From Octopus vulgaris (lineage: Eukaryota), in contig OX597817.1 of assembly GCA_951406725.2 (NCBI GenBank), forward strand, positions 137,454,001 to 137,518,000: a stretch of DNA of 64,000 nt. Reading direction: 5' to 3'. Shown here in pieces: positions 53,604 through 64,000 of this stretch. The notes under the pieces were generated by a model. That model did not search any database. It was not told the origin of the DNA and saw nothing but the letters and a program-made list of their open reading frames with translations. The stretch's first letter is position 1. Every line of letters begins with the position of its first letter. A program made the position numbers and the translations under genes.

Positions 53604-53630
53604 CTTAAACGGGGTAACTTGGGGCCCCAT
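53604..53630 (-). CDS. candidate first coding exon MGPQVTPFK
   Basis: ATG at 53630-53628, phase-0 donor AAG|GTAAGA, locally GC-rich. Confidence 0.4.
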
Positions 53631-53749
53631 GAGGGGACGAGGGCCCGTTTATAGCAATAAAAACAAAAAAGTTCTGCTAAGTTTTAGTAGAAGCGACTCA
53701 CACACTCCTGGTAGTATTACCCTGTAGACTGTGAATGGCGAACTACTCA

Positions 53750-53791
<42 letters not shown>

Positions 53792-53819
53792 TACGGCCAT
53801 TCGCACACACACACACAGT

Positions 53820-53990
53820 CAGCACTCCCACCCCTTCCCCCCGTCGTACACTCATATAGACATAAACGGTGGAGTGCGGAGGGGGAGGGGGCGGAGAGGG
53901 AGTGAAGGAGAAAGGTAGAGAACTAATCGTGAAGTGGAGCCGCAGGGTGGCGGCGGCGGCGGCGGCGGCGGTGGTAGTGGTGGTGGTGAG
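53820..53990 (-). promoter_or_regulatory. candidate promoter / 5' region with GC box
   Basis: GGGGCGGAG at about 53888 in a GC-rich patch upstream of the candidate first exon. Confidence 0.25.
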
Positions 53991-54060
53991 GGAGAGCAGA
54001 AAGACAAAGCATAGATGAGTAAGTATATTTTAGTGGTGAGGGGAAGGAGAAGGTTGGGAA

Positions 54061-54099
<39 letters not shown>

Positions 54100-56419
54100 G
54101 TGAAGATGGTGGTAGTAGTAGTGGTGGTGGCGGTGAAAAGTTTTTTTTTCTTTAGTGAGAGAAAGAGAGGGAAGTGGTGGGGGGAGTCGGTGAGAAGCTG
54201 TCAGGGGAGTTAATTCAGATAAACACTTGTTGACACATGCATCCAGTTAGATAGACTGATTAACATAACACATACACGTGATTGTATACACTCCACATTC
54301 TACACTCACATTGGGAAAGATAAAGAACTCAAATACACACATACACACGCACGCACACACATACTCTCTCTCTCTCTCTCTCTTACACACACGCACACAC
54401 ACATAAAGTGTCTCATGAATGTCTTTTTTCCTTCTCTATTTTAGGTCTTTATCTCATTGACTTTGTTTCAATTTATAACACGTGAACACACGCCCAAACA
54501 CATACACACATAGACACGCTCACGCTTCCGCGCACGCGTACACACATACGCACACGCACACATTCTATCCCTTTCCCCCCACTTCGCACTCACACACATT
54601 CTCCTTTCCTTCTCTCTTTCACACACACACACTCACACACGTTATTCTTCATACGTACACACATAAACACCTAAATAGTCTCTCTCTCACTCTCTCTCTC
54701 CATCTCTCTCTCTCTCTCCCTTTCCCCCTCTAACACACACACACACATGTGCCAACGAGAAAGCCTATCTTTGATTCCTCGACCTGTTAGAAATAGCAGC
54801 CCAACGTCAGTCACCCTCAAATTACACACCACTGTTGTAGCGAAAGGTAAGTCTACATTAGATCACGTGGTCTTAGGAAACAACGAAAATGACCGGAGAG
54901 TCACGGTTGGGAACATCTTTGATCCTATGTGTTTCGGATCAGTGTTGACGTGGGACTGTACAGCGACATAGAGACATGCATTCCGAACAGTAACTTACTG
55001 CTGGATCCTCCGACGATATCGACAATGATCATTCATACAAATCAACAAAATTTTTAACTTGTAACTGGTGGAGCGCTTCACAGACAAGTGTGCTTTTCAC
55101 GCGATTCACCGCAGAATGAGTGTGTCACAGCAAAAGGTTAAATCTTTGAATTACTGCTTCAATTAATAGAGAGAAGGGATGGGAAACAAAGAAAGAAAGA
55201 AAACAAGAGAAAAAGAGAGAGAGAGGGAGGAAGAAAGAAAAAGAGATAGAAAGAGAGGAAAAGAGACACAAAAGGGAGAACAATCGACCCCAAGAGTGGG
55301 TTATTTTATTTAATGTCCTTGACAAAGATGGCTTAGGCAGGTTTTGAACACACACTGCTAAAGGTCGTAACTAATCGCCACTACAAATCTGGTCTCATAC
55401 TTGACCGATTCGGCCAAACCAGCTTGACGACCGATTCCAAACACTCTCTAACTTTCGTCAGATATTATGAAACTAGTATAAATCATTTGCTAATTAACAG
55501 TAATTATTTTAAACGAATTTTTTGAAGATTTGAGATCCTATTTATTTGGTTGCGGAGATTCTTTTTAACTTTGGTACTTTTAGTGGTTTTAGTCACTATT
55601 CTACTTCCTTGCCAGGGAACTGCCCTGAATGGACTTTAGGCAGTTCTTTTACATCTGCTCCAAAATACCTACTCACATGTATAACTATATATTCATTGAA
55701 TCTTAAGTTATTTACATTGATAAACATATGATGCCCGCATCCAAATCCACATATAATAATTTAACAAATATTTCTTAATATCATTGAAAGGAGATAGTTT
55801 TCAAATAGTGAGTGAGTGAGTGATAGCAGAAGTGATAAAATGAAAGTAAGTGGAAAGATGAGGTGTCTATAACTCTGCCATGACAGGCAAACACGCATAG
55901 AGTAAGAAAATGGGCTGAAATAAGAGATAGCTTTATGTTCCGTAAATAGGAGCCATTTTAATATAGTGATAAATAACGATAAAAACCAAATAAATCTTAA
56001 TGGAACACACAGGTTTCCAGTGACTAAAGTGATAAAAGTCCTTCTAAAATAATGATCATTATATGTAAATCTTTCACCATTTTATAACTAATATTAAAAT
56101 ATTTTGTCAATATGGTAGCTTAAATGTATTTTCATAACTAACATTGTATCATTTTATAGATTAATAAAAATGTGTTAAAGAAGAAAAACAAATAAATGTC
56201 ATTTCTATGGTGTGAATGTTTGTGTGGTTATACGCTATTCTAATCCACCAATTTCAGTCGAGCCCACTCTATCATTTACGAGGGGTCTTTAGGTAAGAAA
56301 ATTTATCAATGGTTTCACCTGTCATGCTGAACAGATAAGTGCCATACACTAAAGTTAAAAGAAAACTCGCTTTTTACAACACAAGTATACTAGTGTATGC
56401 GTGTGTGTATATGTAAGTA

Positions 56420-56480
<61 letters not shown>

Positions 56481-56907
56481 GTGTGTATGTTTGTATGTAT
56501 GTATGTTTGTATGTATGTATGTATGTATGTATGTATGTACCAAAGCGAAATATAACAGACACACACATATATATATATATAAGTAATTATATTCTTAATA
56601 TAATGACATGTATTAATTAGCAAATTACAACTCCAGTGTGTTAAGAAAAGACGTTTATCTTTCACCACACTATAGGAATAATAATTATTTCTTTCTTCCT
56701 TATTCTCTTCAGGAGTGTGTGTGTGCGAGTGTTTGAGCGTCAATGTGTGTGTATATATACACACACACACACGTAGGTTGGGTCTTCCGTTCTAGTTGTT
56801 TCTCTCAAAAATTTTTAAGCTTTGAATTTTCAATCTTTAGACAGAAAAAAAAACTAGTTCTTTTCGAAGAAATTTTGGAAATAAATAACAGAGGAAGAAA
56901 TATACGG

Positions 56908-57112
56908 ACGGCGTGTTAACAGAACCGTTAAGCACGCCAGACAAAATGCTTAGCGGCATTTCGTCCGTCTCTGAGTTCAAATTCCGCCGAGGTCGACTTT
57001 GCCTTTCATCCTTTCGGGGTCGATGAAATAAATACCAGCTGAGCAGTGGGATCTATGTAATCGACTTTCCCGCCTCCCCGAAATTACTGACCTTGTGCCA
57101 AAATTTGAAACC
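56908..57112 (+). mobile_element. SINE family B
   Basis: similarity to other copies. Confidence 0.85.
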
Positions 57113-57605
57113 GATATGGTAAAATTATTGCTATGGAATTAGAATATCGACTGGAAATGTATGGGGGTTGAACAAGTGCCTAAGCCATTGGTTTATAGGG
57201 GGTCAAGAGTGATCCCCATATCACATTCTTTCCGCCTTGATTTTTGTCTTTTAATGTATTTCTATGTTTGGAATTATCGCTGTTCATGATAAAGAATAAA
57301 AATATTTTCTGAGTAACCGTTTGTTACTTCAACTCTAACATGACGATGAATATTTAATCAAAACACAATTTCCATTCTAATCTAATCTCTTATTTCTCAT
57401 TGGCTGACGGGCGTTTCATAATTATTATCTGGCTTTAATTTTTTACACTTGGCTATAATTAATATTTTAATATTCTTGAACAACATCCAGCTTCTAAATA
57501 TAAAATTAACCTTGAAACATTCCAACACTTTTACGGCCATACGTGTGTGTGCGTGTGTGCACGCACGGTGTGCGAGGTCGTTCGTCGTCGTTGTCATTGC
57601 GTATA

Positions 57606-57658
<53 letters not shown>

Positions 57659-57841
57659 TCTGTGTGCATGTGTAGATGCACATGCAGAAATATATTTTCT
57701 TCACAAAATATATTCTACTGTGTTGGGTAATGTTTCCACCTCCTCTCTCTCTCTCTCTCTCTCTCTAATTAAAAACTGAGTAACAGTTTTCTGTGATATT
57801 TTTGCTGCTTTTTTAATAACGCATATATGTGTGTGTGTGTG

Positions 57842-57978
57842 AGACGAACTTCTTTCAGTTTCCGTCTACCAAATCCACTCACAAGTAGAAGACATTTGTC
57901 CATGTTGCTACGCAGTGGAACTGAACCTGAACTCATGTGGTTGGGAATCAAATTTCTTACCACACAGCCACGCCTACT
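57842..57978 (-). mobile_element. SINE family A head (internally deleted)
   Basis: similarity to 11203-11368. Confidence 0.8.
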
Positions 57979-59238
57979 CTGAATCAAGGTATTAGTGATT
58001 CAGAGGTCGTTGGGAAGTTACAGACTGACAACGTAGCTTTGATATTTCAAGTTTCGGTTTCACTTTCATCCTATTCCTGCTGGTTTATCCAGTCTTTTGT
58101 CAGAATTTAATAAACGCCATCGGGCTGGAGAGGAGTAAATATTTTTGTAAAGGATATTTCTGTATGTGGTGCAGCTCCGAGGTGGACAGAGACAACAGTA
58201 CGATTTAGGTTGATCAAGAAATTAGTCAACCTTATTGATCCCTTTTTATTTTCTGATATGCCCGACCGCCAGGGAAACAAAGAAACGTAGGATTTAATAC
58301 GATCGCTCACACACACACACACACATTTATAGTTCGTTTGTGAAGCGGGGAGGATTAGATAATCGAGGCGTTTATTGAATACACATTGTGTGATACACAT
58401 GACTGAACCGTCACTATTATTACCCAGGTGTCTAGACATGACGTGTGACACCTGCAAGTTATCAAAACAATTATAAAGATCGAAAATCGATTAGGTCTGT
58501 TCATCATTTCTTCCATATATGGAGAAATAGGTAAATGTGCAGCGTTTGTATAGGATATTTCTATGTAAGATCGTTTATTATATTTAACTGTATTATAACA
58601 ATGATTACGTATATTCAAACACTATTTCAACGAACGCATATCAATATTATTAGTCTATGTATTGACCTTATAGACATCAATCGAACCCTATCTACAATAC
58701 TAAATAATATGGCTCCTACTTTTTTTTACACCTTATTCTCTCTTTTTATTTCTGTCTATGAACTTCTAATTTTTAGTTTCATGTTCTTTTTTTGCAGCGG
58801 TGCTCCAGTATGGCTGCAGTCAAATGACTGAAACAAATGAAAGAATAAACGAATACCAATCCTTATATTTGGTAAACATAACATCAAAGAACTTTCATTT
58901 ACTTTCACTTTGCTGTTTTTTCCCTCTTTACACTATTTTTTATTTTCTTGGTTTTGCTTTTCCTATTCATTCGTTTATATTTAACTTATATTTAACATTC
59001 TCTTATACCAAAATTATCTACTATTTACTTTTTAATATCTTACCAATATTCCCTTCCCTTCTGTAGAAAACCGTTTTATTAATTCTATTGATGCCAGTCT
59101 TATTGTCTTCCGTATCTTAATGTCTTCAAAATTGATTTTCTGAGCTTTTCAAATGTTATGTTCTGATATGATAAAGTCATAAGTATGGAATTCTTTAAAC
59201 CCGACAAGCAATTTTAATATCTGCATTAATCTAAAAAT

Positions 59239-59314
<76 letters not shown>

Positions 59315-59940
59315 GCAGACATGTAATCATTATTTATCATAAAATATAATAAGATAGATTACTTGTACATGTTTTATAAAGCTACGAAACAATTGCCGTT
59401 ATATGAATGAATATCCAATGTAAAATAAATGTCATAAATTTTCTCTCCGTATTATTTTATAAACTCCTTAAAATTTTACCTTCGTATCGTACTGTGTATT
59501 CTATGTTTTGTAGAATGATACATTAAGGAGCCCTTTATGAGTACCACTTGGTTGATTGAATCCCTAAATTGTAATTTAAAAGCTCGAAACATGTATTAAT
59601 TAACAGTCCACAACGGAAGAGGAGTTAGACTTCTTTTGGTAATTTGTCTCCTACTTATCTCTCATGTATTTACGTATTTTTCACTCGTTGGTGATGTCCT
59701 GTACTTAATGCATTTTATATTTATTCAAATATATCAGATATTCAGAAAAGTTTAAGCGAAATATCCCGAAACGGTCGAACTTTCAACACACGAGTTCTCC
59801 TCCGTTGGTTTTATCTAGCTTCCAGTACAGGTCCCTGTACATGCCGCAATTCTGAAAGGGTCACGAATTTTTAAATTTTCATTTTTGAAATATTTAAACG
59901 TAGAATCTTCACCATTTATCAAAAAGACATTCAGTTCAAA

Positions 59941-60338
59941 AGCATCGATATTTCATTTTTAAAAGGATCGATATTTCATTTTTAAACGGATCGATATTTC
60001 CTTTTTAAACGGATCGATATTTCATTTTTAAACGGACCGATATTTCATTTTTAAAAGGATCGATATTCAGTTTAAAATGATCGATATTCAGTTTAAAAGG
60101 ATCGATATTTCATTTTTAAGGGATCGATATTCAGTTTAAAAGGATCGATATTCAGTTTAAAAGGATCGATATTTAGTTTAAAAGGGTCGATATTTCATTT
60201 TTAAAAGGATCGATATTTAGTTTAAAAAGATCGATATTTCATTTTTAAAAGGATCGATATTTAGTTTAAAAGGGTCGATATTTAGTTTAAAAGGATCGAT
60301 ATTTCATTTTTAAAAGGATCGATATTTCATTTTTAAAA
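59941..60338. repeat. minisatellite, about 18 units of 20-23 bp
   Basis: AAAGGATCGATATTTCATTTTTA and AAAGGATCGATATTYAGTTTA variants in tandem, no spacers. Confidence 0.95.
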
Positions 60339-61939
60339 GAATAATTTTATTTATATTTATTATTTTGAAAATTATTCTTTTTCAAATATTTATTTAATAA
60401 AAACCGTCACGGGTATTTAAAGATTTGGAACCGCAGTTCTACTTGAAGCTGAGGCCTTCCCTTAATGAACCAACGACCGACTTGATTGTGGAAATTAATA
60501 TTATATTGAATAAAGTGGTCAGTGAATGAGAACTGTGCTGCGCCTTTCAATTGGAGGCCAAACTAGCCAGAGGTATTTCTTTTGCCAAAACAAACTTTAA
60601 AAGTTAAGTTGTCGTTTTTTTCTGTTTTTAGAAATAGTTTATAAAAGTAGTTTTAAAGCTCGTCTGACAAAGTTTGAGATGGAGGAAAATCGATGTGAAC
60701 TGAAATAACAAATTCTTTAGATTCATTGTTAAGAGTTAGCGACCCTCAGCCTTTCATAAATATATAGTTTCGATTCCCATGCAAAGTGAAATACAGTAGA
60801 CATCAGCTGGGTAACAGTCGAAAGCTCATAAGAGTTGAAAGATCTTTACCACAACATAAGTTCAAATTTACAACCTCCACCTTTTATTTTTGTATCCTTT
60901 TCTATCTTTTTACCGTTTTCACTTCTTTTCATCTCATCCGATCTATTTTTTTTTTTTTCACTTCCATTTTAATATTTCATTGAAGAATTCTGCTATTTCT
61001 TATTATTTTCTGTCTTGGGTTCCCTCGCCCCAGTTTCTAACCTACAAACTTAAAATATAACTTCAAGGTATCATGTTTGTAACGTGATGTAATACGTTAG
61101 AAATAATGTAACTCACCACTCCCTAGGTGCCAACAGAGCGATGCAGCGGCTCCACCTGGCTGTTTCTTTTGGGTTGTTTATCGTACCCCAAATTAATCAG
61201 TGAGTAAAGCTATTTATTTATTTTACACCCAACAGACTTTCTCACAGTTTTGAGATAATAAACCTATTTCAATAGAGATGGGTGCCGTTTCCGTTACACT
61301 TTGATAATTTTTCTTCTATGGGAATGCAGCTTATCTTAACCCGAAGCCAATTCTGCTCGTATTTTTGGAAAAAGCATCACACGAGAACATAACATTTCTG
61401 ATTAGACGTAAGTCGATGTCGTCTTTTTTGTTTTCTCCTCAGTTAATGTAGGTTTGGTTTTTTTTTTATAAGGTGAACCATTGAATGGAGGTTAGTTCCT
61501 GCTAACCAAGTCTGAGATTTATTTTCGATTTCCGGTAGGAGGATGTTTTACTTCACTCATGTCGTAATACCCTTGGGAAGCAGAACTAACAACGATCACA
61601 GCTCCAACAGCAACAACACCAACAATTTCAACTGAACTTGTTTATTGTCTGAAGCTTGGGAAAACCTAACTAGATTACAGAAAAAAAAATATCTGAACAA
61701 CTATTCATTGTTACGAAACTCCCCGAATAAGCCTGAAATTCTTATATACTTGTAAAAAAGAAAAGAGCAAATGTGATTGGTAATATGACCCTTGCTAACA
61801 CTGATAAAACAACAAAGAAAAAAGGCACTTTTATCATTAGAATAAGTTCTTTGATATACTGAGATCAAATGTTTTTCTGAATTTGCGACATTCATACTTT
61901 TCCATAAGCTATTACCAATGAAATGGTTCAATTTAAGAA

Positions 61940-62582
61940 TGGACTCCATCTACCGCGGTAAAATAGAAAAATATACTACTGGCTCAGGGTTTCCATGGGG
62001 AAATAACAGCCACAGTTACGATGCTCTATAACAGTTCCAAATCAATGTTAAGGTCCGCAGACGGAGATACAATTTTCTATGTCATCAACGCGGGAGTACT
62101 CCAGGGGGCTACACTTGCATCATCTCTCTTTAGGACGACTCTGGATTATGTCCCCGTAACATAACTTGACAATCTAAACAGCTTCGGTTTCACAATACGA
62201 AAAGAAGATCAGCTGGACAACCAGCCCCAAAACTAACTGATGTAGACTATGCGGACGATTTAACCTTGCTCTCTGACACAATATCAAACTCCACCCAATT
62301 CCTTCATAGTCTAGAATTAGCTGCAGCGGATGTTGATTAATCCGTGTAAAACCAAGGTCACTGCTCACAATCAGCAAGGATACATCACCGAGCTCAGCAG
62401 AGATCCCAGTTAAGTTGATGATTTTACGTGTCCCGGTTCTGAGATAGTCTCAACTGAAAAGGGTGTAAAAACCCGAACAGCTAAAGCATGGTCGGAAATA
62501 ACAAATTGGATGTTGTCTGAAAATCAACCCTGTCAGACAACCTTAAGAGAAATTTTTTTTTTACGTGCAACAGTAGAGTTGG
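61940..62582 (+). pseudogene. RTE-clade reverse transcriptase remnant
   Basis: DSIYRGKIEKIL...MLYNSSKSMLRSADGDT...AGVLQGATLASSLF...DVDYADDL, with stops and frameshifts. Confidence 0.85.
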
Positions 62583-62696
62583 TCCTTATGTGTGTGTGAG
62601 TGTATGTGTATGTATGTGTGTACATGTATGTCAGGACTCGTAAATATAGACAAGAAAATATTCGCAGTGCTCGATGCATAAACGACCACCGAAAAT

Positions 62697-62754
<58 letters not shown>

Positions 62755-62812
62755 GCTGCTGCTGCTACTGCTACTGCTGCTGCAGTTACTACTACTACTA
62801 CTGCTACTACTG

Positions 62813-62846
<34 letters not shown>

Positions 62847-62849
62847 AGT

Positions 62850-62901
<52 letters not shown>

Positions 62902-62934
62902 GTTGTTGTTGTTGTTGTTGTTGTTGCATTTAGC

Positions 62935-63090
62935 TCGTCGCTGCGTTCTGAGTTCAAATTCCGCCAAGGTCGACTTTGCCTTTTATCCTTTCGGGGTCGA
63001 TAAATTAAATACCAGTGAAACGCTGGGGTCAATGTAAACGTCTAGTCTCCTCCCGCAAAATGACTGCCCTTGTGGCAAAATTTGAAACTA
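62935..63090 (+). mobile_element. SINE family B, 5'-truncated
   Basis: similarity to other copies. Confidence 0.85.
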
Positions 63091-63119
63091 TTATTATTAT
63101 TACTATTATTATTTAAATT

Positions 63120-63420
63120 AATGTAGAATATGTGATATGTGATACGATTTCTTTGGCTGCCAAAAGAATATATCTCCAAGCATGCATGACAGAATTAAGG
63201 GCTTTCATTCAGTATATGGCATGCTAACATTATGAGGGACCAATAGAAATAAAATGCTGTAAGCATACTAGAAAAGAGCTTGGAGAATAACAAAACCACC
63301 ATATTCGGGGCTATGTTAGTACACGCGGGCTGTAGGGTCAAAGAAAAAAGAAGGGCTTCTTCATCGATGAATTACTTCCGACAAGCGATAACATATCTCT
63401 AAAAGAAATGCGATATTATT
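63120..63420 (+). pseudogene. possible R4/Dong remnant following (TTA)n
   Basis: LAAK..Y..(M)HDRI and ENNKTTIF-like pieces resembling 37430-37600. Confidence 0.45.
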
Positions 63421-63515
63421 CAAATGTAAAAATCTAGAAATAGAGATAACCAGTTTGTGCTATTTGAAAACAAGAGATAATACTTAAAATAATTGGTATC
63501 TCGGGAATGATAAGA

Positions 63516-63557
<42 letters not shown>

Positions 63558-63623
63558 ATGTGTGTATGTGTGTACATGTATGTTAGGACTCGTAAATATA
63601 GACAAGAAAACATAGTAGAAAGG

Positions 63624-63671
<48 letters not shown>

Positions 63672-63693
63672 GGCGTCATCGTTGTTGTTGTTA

Positions 63694-63893
63694 AGGTGGC
63701 AAGCTGGCAAAATCGTTTGTGCATCGAACAAAATGCTCAGCAGGACTTTGAGTTCAAACACCGCTAAGGTTGACTTTGCTTTTCATCCTCTTTTGGAACG
63801 ATAAAATAAGTACCAGTTAAACACTGGGGTCGATGTAATCGACTAGCGATCTCAGCGAAAAATTTCAAGCCTTGAGCCCCTAGTAGAAAGAAT
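63694..63893 (+). mobile_element. SINE family B
   Basis: similarity to other copies. Confidence 0.85.
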
Positions 63894-64000
63894 TATAATT
63901 GTAACTGCTATTGCCGTTGTTCGTTGTTGACTTAGTGCCGTGAGCCTTCGTGCCATGTGCCTTCGTGCCGCTATTCAAAATGCTGGATCCTACCAAATAT

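Noticed and set aside
55340-55630. DNA transposon remnant
   Set aside because: No convincing TIR pair or TSD could be identified.
59941-60338. CRISPR array
   Set aside because: Units are directly adjacent with no unique spacers, there are no cas genes, and the context is eukaryotic.

Overview
AT-rich, microsatellite-saturated animal genomic DNA. The repeat families (tRNA-headed SINEs with internal microsatellites) point to an octopus genome; this is recognition, not a database result. No long intact CDS is present, and nearly every ORF in the supplied track is a translated microsatellite. The window is mostly a transposon mosaic: at least five SINE families, decayed R4/Dong-type (RLE), Tx1-like, CR1, RTE and Penelope retroelements, a hAT MITE, a TTAA-flanked Kolobok-like MITE, a Helentron-type non-autonomous element and a minisatellite. 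A few short minus-strand segments with good splice signals suggest the window lies in the long 5' introns of one gene with alternative first exons. The most interesting signal is a set of sequence-unrelated, non-coding fold-back elements (about 12.6, 13.2, 34.8 and 42.7 kb) whose arms carry back-to-back minimal hammerhead ribozyme motifs, one family apparently with a G3:C8 swapped core, alongside several solo hammerheads. A recursive-splice-site-like AG|GT microexon lies at about 4.2 kb.
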